In this document: positions 1 to 11,743 of the stretch, in pieces
Layout: every line of letters begins with the position of its first letter
How positions within the stretch are numbered: position 1 is the first letter of the stretch
Notes under the pieces: model-generated
What the model saw: the letters and a program-made list of their open reading frames with translations, nothing else
Told to the model about the DNA's origin: nothing
Databases searched by the model: none
Program-made: the position numbers and the translations under genes
Assembly (NCBI RefSeq): GCF_006345805.1
Contig: NC_043006.1
Coordinates: forward strand, 26,164,001-26,228,000
Origin: Octopus sinensis
Lineage: Eukaryota
Length of the DNA: 64,000 nucleotides
Direction of reading: 5' to 3'

Positions 1-299
1 TTTCACACATTACTCTGTCTCTTCACACACACTAACAGAAGCACTTCACTTACACAACATACTGTCTGTCTCCCACACCCCATCAAACACACACACACGC
101 ACGCACACACATGTCCATCAATGCTCCCATGCACGGTAACTTCAAAAGAACTTCCCTCGTCATACAATCGCTTTCTCTTAGTCTCTTTCGCTCTCATTAC
201 TTCAAAAGTTCCCGCAAGCCCATATGTAAAAAAAAAAACATTTTTTTTTACGGAAATCGACGGAAAGGTCTACTAGAGACGAAAGATTGCCCATTATAT

Positions 300-410
300 A
301 TATTGTTTCTGGTATAAATTAATATTACTAAGAAATATTACCGCTCCCTGACACATTGGTGTGGGGGGGACCCTGCCGCTACGCCACATCAGATAGTTTG
401 AGAAGCACTG
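300..410. mobile_element. Probable right end of a hAT-type MITE
   Basis: Ends GTTTGAGAAGCACTG (reverse complement CAGTGCTTCTCAAAC, a hAT-like terminus) followed by CTCTAAGG; the left end is not visible. Confidence 0.35.
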
Positions 411-802
411 CTCTAAGGGACTAGTAATTTTGTAATAAATAAAAAAGACACAGAAGAAACAGTTTTGAAGTGTTAATTGTCCTTTTAAAGGCCCTTTAGG
501 ATGTTAATGTGTGCTGCAGAAACACTGTTCCATAAATGTGAGCTGTCTTTTGATGTGAGTTTTCTATGGAGTTAGCAACTTATCTGGATTAAATTATTTT
601 CTGACAATAAAAGGGATTTGTAATGTAATTTGGTAGTTTATGTATGTGTCATTACCATGAAAAATCTGAGATTGAAGCTAGCTTTTATTGAGGTTTTAAA
701 TGTTTTAGCTGTGTGCTGCCCAGAGATGCTAAGTTACAATTTTGTTTCCTTGATATGTCTAGTGATTGTTTCTTTGTAGATGATCCTTGGAAGGATCACC
801 TA

Positions 803-1161
803 CATCATCATCGTTTAACGTCCGTTTTCCGCGCTAGCATGGGTTGGACGGTTCGACCGGGGTCTGGGAAGCCAGGGGCTGCTCCAGGCTCCAGTCTGAT
901 CTGGCAGAGTTTCTACGGCTGGATGCCCTTCCTAACGCCAACCACTCCGCGAGTGTAGTGGGTGCTTTTTACGTGCCACCTGCACAGGTGCCAGGGGGGG
1001 GTCTGACATCGGTCACGATCGGCTGGAGCTTTTAAGGTGCCAGCGGCGCTGGCAACGTTCGGATGGTCTTTTTATGTGCCACTGGCACAGGAGCCAGTCG
1101 GGGCGGCGCTGGCATCGGCCACGTTCGGATGGTGCTTTTTATGTGCCACCGGCACAGGCAT
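803..1161 (-). mobile_element. RTE LINE 3'-UTR fragment
   Basis: (CAT)n tail plus the conserved GGATGCCCTTCCTAACGCCAACCACTC block shared with the 3' UTR at 35800-35980; CTACAT at 800-805 and 1162-1167 looks like a TSD. Confidence 0.85.
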
Positions 1162-1682
1162 CTACATAGGAGTTTATATTAGAAGAGAGAGTGTATCATT
1201 GATAAAGAAAGAAGAATGTGGGAGACATTATTTTTACACCAGAAATGATAGCGAGGGCTAATGCTGCAATGGTGTGTCTGAAATAAATAAGAATGGATGA
1301 ATATCATAAGTAAGATTTGAAATTATTGTGTCAGACCTAATGAAGTGTAACAGCTTTTGCTTTCAAAACTGAAGACAATAATGAATGACACATGCAAACC
1401 TCTGCTAGCTATAGCTGTATGGAAACCATACTGGTTGTCACTGAGGAGAGAAAAACATTCAGGTTGATAGATGAGACAATTATTTACAATAGTTTCTAGT
1501 GTTTCTTTCTCTTCATCTTCACAGGAATTTATCCCCCATCTTTTCAAATATACTCTAGCTTCTAAAACATTTTGAAAGAATGTGAAATATCTTGACAGAC
1601 AGGGAGAGGGAAAGAGAAAAGGAAAAAAAAGGTAGCTTCAGAGTGCATCAAGACCAGATGGGATAGAGCAATTGGATATATG

Positions 1683-2137
1683 TGCGGACGTGGCTGTGTG
1701 GTAAGAAGCTTGCTTCCCAACCACATGGTTCTGGGTTCAATCCCACTGCGTGACATCTCGGGCGTCTTCAAGTATAACCTTGGGCTGACCAAAGCCTTGT
1801 GAGTGGATTTGATGGACAGAAACTGAAAGAAGCCTGTTGTATATATGGATATATATATTTATGTGTTTGTGTGTCTATGTTTGTCGCCTCCACCATCACT
1901 TGACAACTGACGTTGGTGTGTTTACGTCCCTGTAACTTAGTGGTTTGGCAAAATAAGTCCTGGAGTCGATTAATTCAACTAAAGGTGGTGCTCTAGCATG
2001 GTCACAGTCAAATGGCTGAGAGAAGTAAAAGAATAAAAGACAGATCAAGATTGAAGCTTGGTGCAGCCATCTGGTTCGCCAGCCCTCAGTCAAATCATCC
2101 AACCCATGCTAGCATGGAAAGCGGACGTTAAACGATG

Positions 2138-2140
<3 letters not shown>
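1683..2140 (+). mobile_element. tRNA-derived SINE followed by an RTE tail fragment
   Basis: Head GGCTGTGTGGTAAG...GGTTCAATCC (A/B-box-like), internal microsatellite and the tail shared with 7809-8190; then AACCCATGCTAGCATGGAAAGCGGACGTTAAACGATGAT. Confidence 0.8.
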
Positions 2141-2170
<30 letters not shown>

Positions 2171-3559
2171 TCAAATTAGAAAAAGAGGTTTTAGACAAGT
2201 TTTGTAGAGAATATTCGGTCAGGAGTGGAGACAAAATCGTGGCTTTCACAGTGGGATTTCTGTTAAAACGAGCTTGATTGATGTATTCTTTTCTATATCA
2301 GTTACAGACTTCCTCTCACTTTTGAATAACTAAACCCTGTTGGTCAGTTGTATATAATGGAGCATTATATCTCTGTTACTTATTGTTCTTTAAAGCTTCA
2401 TTTCTCATTTTTTTTTCTTCATTTCATTACCAAATACAAGCATTTCTCATTTCCATACCAAATACAAGCATTATCAAGGATAATGCTTATATTTTATTGT
2501 TTATAAATTAAGTTAATTCTATTAAAATAGATTATCAGTCAGTGTAAATTCCAATAGATAAATTAGCTTTAGTGAGGAAAAGCTAATGTGAACTCTTGAA
2601 TCTTTGGAGCTTTGGAGAAAGTGCCTTGCAGCTTATATTCTAGGTTCAGATTCTACCAGGGTTGATGCCTTATACCTATGTTAGAAAACAATATTTCAAT
2701 CATTTCTAAAAATGGGGTAACAACTCTATACATATTCCAATGTTATTAAACTTCCTCAGAAAAGCATGGACTTTGCTGTACTTACTGAAGTAATGAGAAT
2801 ATTATTGTACATCTACTTCATGATTCTTTCATAGAGGTCACAGATATAATGGACCTTCTGTTTGCCAAAGCACATTTCATTGAAAAACATCAATTCTAAA
2901 CTGCAGAGGAAAATTGGATATGTACAGATACATGTCTTGCTTCATTAAACAACATAATGTATCCCATTTTTCTGATTCACCATATATGAATAAATCAGTC
3001 CATCAAATTATTAGTTTGAACATTTAAACTCTCAAAGCATAAAAGTTTTCTCAGCAATAAGGCTCTTCACATCTCCAGTTGTTTGTTATTCATGAGCAAA
3101 GAAAAGATTCTAGAGGTCTGGTGATCTGAGGGGGGAAGGCTTGTCAGAGAGATTAGTGCAGGACCAGGGGAATTAGATTAACATGTGGTGGGGTGCTGAG
3201 TAGAGGAGATACAAGAAAGGCTATTTTATTAGCAAAAAGTGTGATGGGAAGAAGAGACAAAATGCCTGTAAGCCAGTAGCTGGAGTATGTCTGTTGGTAA
3301 TTAAACACTTTTGGTGCTATATTTCTAACTAAAATACACCCTTGTATTTTAAATTAAATTCTAAAATGATCACAAATCAAGACTGGTTTCATAAAACAGC
3401 TATAACATTTTTATTTAATGAATATAGTTTTTTGAAAACATTTTAACAAAAGATTCTTAAATAATTATCTATTATATAATTTTTCTCAAAATGAGTTCTT
3501 GGACCATAACTTAGCAGAACTGTGTATGATCTGAAGAAAATTGCAGATACACAGCCTAT

Positions 3560-4870
3560 TAGAAGCTTCCAGTTTTTTTTGCAGATTGAAGTTTCACAAA
3601 ACTAATTGGAAAGGTATTCAAAAAAAGGTTCTGAAATAAACTGGTCAGGTAATCTCTCAGTACATTGATATGAAGCTTTAGCACATTATAACTGTCATGC
3701 AAGCCACATGCATTAAGTTTGCTTCAGAGAGAATGTTCAACCAACAAAAAAACAATTCTTGAATATAAATTTGTAATGAGCTGATAAAAATCTCAAATTG
3801 TGGGCAATCCCATTTCAAGCAAGCATCACTTGAAATGGAAAATGAACTCTCGTGAAAAATAGAGGGCAGAAAAAGAAGCCAAAGTGGTAAAAAATGTAAA
3901 GACAAACCCTAAAGCCATTTATAGATTTGCTGAAGTAGTTTGCTTCAGTACAATACAAGATAGGGTCACTGTTTTGAAGAAAATAGCTCACCGACTGCAG
4001 AACTTAAGTGGATAAGTGAAATACTAAATATGCAATTCAAAAGTGTTTTTACATCTCTGTTCTGGGATACTTGCAAATAAATGTGCCTGATCAGTTCTTT
4101 GACACTACAGCCCATCATGAAGGCATGTCAGTTATCAAGATAAGGGAAATTTATGTAATACCAGCTATTGAAGAAATAGGCTTAAGCTTATCCACTGGCT
4201 CTAATGAATTCTGAGCAATCCTCCTAAAGAAATGAAAATGGACCCTCACAAGGCCACTGCAGATCCTCTTCTAAAGCATCCTTGCAATTGGTAAACTTCC
4301 CAGAAAGTTAAAGCAAGATGTAATGTTATATAAAGGAGGAAGTAGAGTGGATGTTAAAAATTAGACCTGACTCTCTGAACTCACATATCAGCAAAGTCAC
4401 GGAATGGATTGTCAGGAGGAGGCTGATCAAGTTACTAGAAGATAATTACCTGTTTCCCAATACCCAGTATGGCTTCCACCAGGGAAGGAGCTGCCCAGCA
4501 CAATTTCTGCAGCATTGTGACTTGGTGTTGAAACAACTTAAGAATTGCTCAAATGTGGACATATCTCTTAATTTTGCAAAAGGCTTTCTATAAAGTTCAT
4601 CACAAGATGGTGTCACAAACTACATGGACTTGGCATAGTTGGAAAACGAGGAGAGTGCTTACATGACATAAAAGACAGAAGCCAAGCCGTAGCAGCCAAT
4701 AGAGCCCTCTTCATGGAGATGTCAGTAGTGAAGATGCCTCAGGGAACTGTCTTCATGCCACTGTTGTTTTTGGTAGCTCTCTCAAACATGCTGTCTATTA
4801 TGGAGGCAACCACTCTTACTAGTTATGCTGATGATACAAAGGTAATACAAGCAGTCAAAAACCCCTTTTG
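3560..4870 (+). mobile_element. Degenerate CR1/L2-group LINE (RT region)
   Basis: Frame-broken motifs NPKAIYRFA, ILNMQFKSVFT, SHISKV.E.IVRR, TQYGFHQGRSC and SYADDTK (about 4821-4841). Confidence 0.75.
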
Positions 4871-5009
4871 ATACTAATCTTCTACAGAATAATCCAGACA
4901 TCACATAGTAAGACATCTCTGCACAATGCCAAAAGTTCATACTACCCCATCCAGAAGTACAGCAATAGCGTGGGTTTCTAGGGCCAAAATCAACTAGATT
5001 ATGGCTGGG

Positions 5010-5480
5010 TGAGAACAGTAGCCATCTTCAGCCTTAAGATGACTCTGGAACTTGGTGCATGCATTCCTCATTGTATCCTTGGAATATCTTTGAACACCTT
5101 GGTTTTGCAAGCTGAACAGTTTGAGGTCTTTTTCAACCATGCTCCACAATAGTAATCTCTGGGATTACAATCAGAGGAAATTAGGTCTGTTGAAATCATA
5201 GAAATTCTCTGACAACCATATCACTCTCTTTCTGGAAGTATGGCAAGGAGCCAAATATTCCTGCCATACATATGACCTTCCACCAGCAACCCTCTCCATC
5301 CAGGGTTTGACCAGTCTTTAGCGGTTTCACATATCCATCTGAATTGAGCCTAAGGCCTTGTTAATAAATGTGGAGAAGCATGACATCACCTTCATTGGAA
5401 ACACAATCAAGACCATCACAGTTTGGGGGAACTTGATTTTCATGATGTCCATGTCATACAGGTTATTACATTGTTCATAG
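5010..5480 (-). mobile_element. Degenerate Tc1/mariner-superfamily transposase (maT/DD37D-like)
   Basis: Minus strand gives KFPQTVMV..CVSNEGDVM, QGLRLNSDGYV, VKPWMERVAGGRSYVWQ..APCHTSRK, WLSENFYDF and DCNPRDYY, with stops and frameshifts. Confidence 0.7.
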
Positions 5481-5571
5481 AGCACTGAGCAGCCATCATG
5501 ATTTGGGCATATTGATACCTACTGTGAATCCTCATGATACAGGTAACTCTTCCAATATTCAAATGGCTTAT

Positions 5572-5990
5572 AAGGTGGTGAGTTGGCAGAATCATTAGCA
5601 TTCCTAATAAAATGCAAGCTGGCAGAGTCGTTAGCATGCCGGGCGAAATGCGTAGCCGTATTTCATCTGCCATTACGTTCTGAGTTAAAATTCCGCCGAG
5701 GTCGACTTTGCCTTTCATCCTTTCGGGCTCGATAAATTAAGTACCAGTTACGCACTGGGGTCGATGTAATCGACTTAATACCTATGTCCCTGTTTGTCTC
5801 TTCTATGTTTAGCCCCTTGTGGGTAGTAAAGAAATAAGTATTTCGTCCATCTTTATGTTTAAATTCCACTGAGATTGACTTTGCCTTTCATCTTTTGGGG
5901 TAGTTGAAGTAAGTACCAGCTGAGTATTGGAGGCAGTGTCATCAACTTATCCCCTCACCCCAGAATTGCTGGTCTGAATTTCAAACCGAT
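5572..5990 (+). mobile_element. SINE (partly duplicated) with a Deu/Nin-like central domain
   Basis: GAGGTCGACTTTGCCTTTCATCCTTTCGGG.TCGATAAATTAAGTACCAG at about 5698-5747 and a decayed repeat at about 5870-5920. The domain name comes from recalled similarity, not a search. Confidence 0.6.
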
Positions 5991-6047
5991 ATTCAAATGG
6001 CTTCCAGTCCTCCATGTCAGCTAACTTTTTCTTAATTACTACTTTAA

Positions 6048-6268
6048 CCCTTTAGTGTTCACATTATTCTACCAAAATTAATCCTTTCTTATCTACATTG
6101 TTTTGAACTAATCATGCATTATCTTGTAGCTATGAGATTTTGATGAGGTAGCTGTTAATTTTTAAAACGATATTGTAGGGTTGGTGTTAGAGACCAGATC
6201 TGGCCAGTTTTACCATAAAACAGGCAGAATACTTTTGGCCGGATATGGCCGGTTTAAACACTAAAGGG
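6048..6268. mobile_element. piggyBac-type MITE, 221 bp
   Basis: TTAA|CCCTTTAGTGTT ... AACACTAAAGGG|TTAA; same family as 14914-15134 in the opposite orientation. Confidence 0.92.
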
Positions 6269-6412
6269 TTAATCTTTATACTCTCCAGTTCTCTTGACTA
6301 TTTACCAGTACATCAAGCTGTTCCTGAAAAGCAAAATGAGACAAAAACGAACTCATCAAATTTTGCCCAGTCACCTTTGTATGTACATTTACATACATGT
6401 GTGTGTATATGG

Positions 6413-6872
6413 GTCATCATCATCATCATTAAGCATTCACTTTTCCATGTTTGCGTGGGTCAGATGGAATTTATTAGGGTAGATTTTTTTTCTATGGCTG
6501 GCTGCCTTCCTATCACTAACCCTAACCTTTTTCCAAGTAAGGTATTATTTGCCATGGTCAGACATGTTCCACACAGAAGGCTGGAAATGAATGACATTGC
6601 TTATATGATGGTGGTGCTTGTTTGCAACCATCACATGATGTCAAGACAAGGGTGCAGAGAGACATACATACTCTTTTACTTGTTTCAGTCATTTGACTGC
6701 GGCCATGCTGGAGCACTGCCTTTTTAGTCTAGCAAATCGACCCCCGGACTTATTCTTTGTAAGCCTAGTACTTATTCTATCGGTCCCTTTTGCTGAACCG
6801 CTAAGTAACGGGGACGTAAACACACCAGCATCGGTTGTCAAGCAATGTTGGGGGGAACAAACACACTCACAC

Positions 6873-6903
<31 letters not shown>

Positions 6904-7065
6904 ACGGGCTTCTTTCAGTTTCCGTCTACCAAATCCACTCACAAGGCTTTGGTCGGCCCAAGGCTATAGTAGAAGACACTTGCCCAAGGTGCCACGCAGT
7001 GGCACTGAACCCGGAACCGTGTGGTTGGTAAGCAAGCTTCTTACCACCCAGCCAGTCCTGCGCCT
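6413..7065 (-). mobile_element. tRNA-derived SINE(s), antisense
   Basis: Reverse complement of the head and tail seen at 7809-8190, followed by the RTE-ended tail type with a (CAT)n end. Confidence 0.8.
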
Positions 7066-7808
7066 ACACATACAAGTACATACATCCATACACACATGTG
7101 ATCTTTTCCCAGTATATCTCTTTCAAATCTGCTCACAAGTCTTTAGTTGGACTGGTGCTATAGTAGACACTTGTCCAAAGTGCCACACGGTTGGGCTGAG
7201 TTTGAAGCCACATGTCACTGTATGTTATGTGTTCATGATAAATGACAGTATAGATTTCATTTGCATGGAGAAAATGAGTGAGAGTGGCATATAGGAATAA
7301 AAAAAAGGGAGAGTGTGATTAGTATTTTGAATGTGCAATGGGATAATGGCAACTAGTTGTTGAAGGTGGGTGTCGAAGTAGGTGGGAATATGTTCTGTAC
7401 AGCAGTTACAGGTAGAGATGGGGTGGCTGGGGTTGTCAGGTTTATGAATTTGAAGAGGAATTATGTGGTAGAGTCACCGGATTACATTGATGAGGTTAGA
7501 GGCTGTAGTAGGTAGGAAGGAGGAAGGAACTTATTGGAAGATAACAAATGAGACACTTCAGTAGTAGGGGTAACATCAAAATGAAGGACAATCCTTCAGT
7601 TCTGTATAGGTCAGCATGGCTTGATGATCATAATGTCATAAGGAACGGAGAGCAAAGAGCAGCATGGGAAATGTTAATGCATGATGTTAGTGCATTCACA
7701 ATGGTCTGCTATTGCAACAGGCATTGATAAACAAGTCTGATGGCTGAACTCCTTTTCTCTCTATTTCCACCTCTTCATTGTTTACTATGTATCCTTAGAA
7801 CTTTTCAT

Positions 7809-8190
7809 TGCTGTGTGGTAAGTAGCTTGTTTACCAACCACATGGTTCCGGGTTCAGTCCCACTGCATGGCACCTTGGGCAAGTGTCTTCTACTATAGCC
7901 TCGGGCCGAACAAAGCCTTGTGAGTGGATTTGGTAGACGGAAACTGAAAGAAGCCCGTCGTATATATGTATATATATATGTATGTGTGTGTGTTTGTCCC
8001 CCTAGCATTGCTTGACAACTGATGCTGGTGTGTTTACGTCCCCGTAACTTTGTGGTTCGGCAAAACAGACCGATAGAATAAGTACTGGGCTTACAAAAGA
8101 ATAAGTCCTGGGGTCGAGTTGCTCAATTAAAGGCAGTGCTCCAGCATGGCCGAAGTCAAATGACTGAAACAAATAAAAGAGTAAAAGAGA
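7809..8190 (+). mobile_element. tRNA-derived SINE with a CORE-like domain
   Basis: CTGTGTGGTAAG..GGTTCAGTCC head, GGCACCTTGGGCAAGTGTCTT core, internal (TA/TG)n and GTAAAAGA end repeats. Confidence 0.88.
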
Positions 8191-9189
8191 GAGCCTCAGT
8201 TTCTTCTCTCTCTTTCACTCACAGACACACCCACACACACTCTATCTCTCAGCTGCCTCTATTCAGACTTTTTTTCATTAAAAATAAGTGATTACAAAAG
8301 TTTTTTCTTCGAGATACTTTGAGAATATTTGTGAAGATTTATACATTATATCTACTTATCAAAATTACAAAGAATATCTTTTTTATTTAGTGTTTCATTC
8401 AGTCATATACAAATATGTAAACCATGGATCTTTGATGACAGTCTTGAGTTATTTTCTCAGCTTGCAGTAACTTTGTATTTATTGTTAGATAAGGTTTTGA
8501 TTTTTGTTTAATATATTGATTACTATACAATAATACGCTATACATATTGTGCCATTTGTGTCCACGTCATAGTTTTTCAATTCAACTTACACTAGCAGAA
8601 AATCTACTTGGAGTGTGTTGTTTCTAATTAGTATTAAAGAATAAGAAAAGGATGCATAAAAGTGTGCAACCGGAGAAAGGGTGAGAAAACAGGCAAGAAA
8701 GTAAAAAGAAGAGAGAAAAGGTGAGAGTGGACAGAAATGAAAACAGTAAAGAGGTCATGGAAGATTACAAGTAATGCAGATAACTAAAAGGATATCCAAA
8801 AGTAATCTGGGATAATCCCAGATCAGTAATTCAATATAGAGTTCAAAATTGGAGTTCTAAGGTCAAATTAGTGGAAAACATCGAGCATCTGGTGTCGATA
8901 CAATGAACAATATGGTAAATGGGAGAAAAAGTTTCACAAATATGTTAATAGCTTTTCACACTTTAAAAGAGAAAAAGTGTCTTAATATTTCAAACATCAG
9001 TCCTTCATCATAAGAAAGAGAAATTGTCTGAAGAAAAAAAACAAAGGGTTGGAAGTCATCTGGGAATGCTGTTCTATGGTAGAGAAGTTAAGAGAGAAGA
9101 AAGTTCAGGTGTATAGGTGTTAGTATAAGAGTGTATCTGTCTGTAATTGAGCATTGGTGTATGTATTAATGTCATGTATGTGTTTAGAG

Positions 9190-9505
9190 TGAAGGCGCGT
9201 GACTCAGTGGTTAGAGCGTCGAGCTTACGATCGTGAGGTTGTGAGTTCGAATCCTGGACCGGGCTGCGTGTTGTGTTCTTGAGCAAGACACTTTATTTCA
9301 CGTTGCTCCAGTTCACTCAGCTGTAGAAATGAGTTGCAACATCACATGTGCCAAGCCACATCGGCCTTTGCCTTTCCCTTGGATAACACTGGTATGCATG
9401 GGCGACTGCTGGTCTTCAATAAACATCATTGCCCAGACTTGTGTCTGGGAGGGTAACTTTCTGGGTGCAATCCCATGGTCAGTCATGACCGAAGGGGATC
9501 TCAGC
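9190..9505 (+). mobile_element. tRNA-derived SINE with a 12-bp TSD
   Basis: A box TGACTCAGTGG, B box GTTCGAATCC, TTCTTGAGCAAGACACTT core; ATGTGTTTAGAG at 9178-9189 and 9506-9517. Confidence 0.9.
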
Positions 9506-10569
9506 ATGTGTTTAGAGGTGTGAAAGTATATTAGGGATGTGGAGTAGTGATATGTATGTAAATCATTAGGTGGGTGGTATGGAAGCATGTTTGAAACTAT
9601 AAAAAGCAAAAAAATGCATGTATTTTGTGGAGAGTGAGTCAAGAAACAGGCAAAAATTAAGCAATACAAACAAAAGCTTTCTCTCTACTAACAAAACACT
9701 ATAACAACTCTGAATACACAAGCGCCCTACATTTACACAGCTCCAGCATTGAACCCCATACGTTAGACCACAACCATAACACAACCTATCCTACTAACAC
9801 TATCCAGAATATTACCACAACTTCCACAGATAGAATAATTAACAATAACAATAGCAATAATAATACTAATAACTTAGACCTTTCTGCCCCATCTCTAACC
9901 TCTCCACTGGCAGTATTACCTCCTCCATTCCTGAAAATAATCCCCAAAAATACTCCCACTTGTAACTGCCATCCTGAATCCATCTGTCCTCTACAAACCC
10001 ACTGTAGAAGATCTAATGTAATTTATAAATGCACCGTCCTCAACACATTAAACAATTCTACAACTATATATATAGAGTCAACCATAAATTTTAAACAGCA
10101 ATATCCCGCTCATCTCAATTCTTTTAGACACGAGAAACACAGTAAATCTACAACACTTGCCAGTCACTACATCATCTCAAAAATAGAAATATTCCTTACA
10201 CTTTGTCATGGTCCATAATAGATTCAGGGCTCCCATACCAAGATCAATGCTTAGCCTGTAAGCAATGCCTACAAGAGGCATTCCACATATTAAAACACAA
10301 TTCCTCGACACTACTAAATATATGTAATGAAGCCCTAAGTACATGCAACCACCGCTTTTTCATACCTTCAAATTTTACCACAAATCTAAATGTAACCTAA
10401 ATAACCACACAGCATATATCCATAACATCTTTTAGGTAATCCCCAACAACCTTACTTCACTTACCCTTATCTCTATCTTGATTTTTTAATCTTTAATTTT
10501 TTAACTCCCCTATCTGGCTTTAAGGATCTCTACCATTTAATACTACATATATGAACATGCAATAATAAT

Positions 10570-10612
10570 GGGTGTGTGTAAGTGTATGTTGCTATACATT
10601 TGTGTATGCGTG

Positions 10613-10693
<81 letters not shown>

Positions 10694-10845
10694 ATATGTG
10701 CATGTGCATGTATGCATATGTTTATACAAATATATATGTGTGTATGTGTCTATATGTATATGCCTATGTGTATATATATATGTACTTGTGTGTGTATATG
10801 TATGTATGCATATGTGCACATGTATATGTACATGTGTGTGTGTGT
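10570..10845. repeat. Compound (TA)n/(TG)n microsatellite
   Basis: Long pure TA run at about 10615-10697 flanked by TG/TA mixtures. Confidence 0.95.
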
Positions 10846-11559
10846 CATATCTTCTTTCCTCCTCTCTGATTCCTAAGTATCACACTAACCTATACAATTG
10901 CATATTCTATTTATAGAAATTACACATCCTTGTACTCTCCCATGCACTTTAAATTTTACTACTAAAACCCCACCCATACCTTTTCTCTACCCATCCCTTA
11001 TTGCAGCTCTATCACATCACCCCTGCTCAGATATCTCACACTTATTCACTCCTTACCTTCTCATCTCTTCCTATCCCTCTCCCAACCTCCCCTCACATTA
11101 TCTTGACCACCAACTAACACTCCTTTTCTCACTTCTTTTACCCTTTCTTCACTTTTCACTTTCTCTTTTCTTCCTCTTATTTTTTCTTCCTGTTTTCATT
11201 TTGACCTTTCTCTTTATTCTAATCATACACATCTCTTCCCCCTACCTATCCACAAATGTTACCAATACATTCTCAAATTTTCATTCACACCACAAGACCC
11301 TTTCAAATGAACAACACAGGATCCATGGCTCCATGTTTTGAAATGACGGAACATGAACTACTATTGCAGCTTACATAACATGTATAGGAAACCTTTTTAC
11401 TGCTTCTATATACCACTTTCCTCAAGTAATGGAACTGGAACTACACTATCTTTATACACTTTCATTCTCTTATTTCCCTCTATATTCCTATCTCCTCCTT
11501 TTCCATAATAATTCCTTGTTTCAACTCAAGTATTTACCTCTATTTAACCATCTCACATT

Positions 11560-11607
11560 GTCTCTGATGAATGGATATCCAGAATATCCCAGAAACAGCT
11601 GTAAGAC
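11560..11607 (+). ncRNA. Type I hammerhead ribozyme motif (partly degenerate)
   Basis: GTCT-CTGATGA-AT[GGATAT CCAGA ATATCC]CA-GAA-ACAGCTGT-A-AGAC: core boxes, stem I, stem II and a palindromic stem III. Confidence 0.65.
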
Positions 11608-11690
11608 TATATATCATTTTCCTTATAAATGTCCTGAAAACTTCTCACAACCATGGCTTTTTTTAAAAATCTAATTTTGTCTAATATGTA

Positions 11691-11740
<50 letters not shown>
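11691..11740. repeat. (TA)n microsatellite
   Basis: Direct reading. Confidence 0.95.

Positions 11741-11743
<3 letters not shown>

Larger units (their letters stand above)
9661..11620 (+). mobile_element. Penelope-like element relic (GIY-YIG endonuclease 3' part plus 3' region)
   Basis: From 9961: CNCHPESICPLQTHCRRSNVIYKCTV..TIYIES..FKQQYPAHLNSFRHEKHSKSTTLASHY, then after one frameshift WSII..PY..CKQCLQEAFHI..LLN..EALSTCNHR. This is the typical PLE GIY-YIG layout. Confidence 0.8.

Noticed and set aside
3244-3267. ATG GGA AGA...|gtaagc as EIF5B exon 1
   Set aside because: Ends in phase 0, incompatible with the phase-2 start at 15407; no promoter-like context.
8632-8680. K-rich candidate exon (ag...GG|gtgaga)
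   Set aside because: Ends in a compatible phase but lies in a purine-rich repeat-like block and shows no eIF5B similarity.
9193-9265. tRNA gene
   Set aside because: A and B boxes are present but the acceptor stem does not pair, and it continues into a SINE body flanked by a 12-bp TSD.
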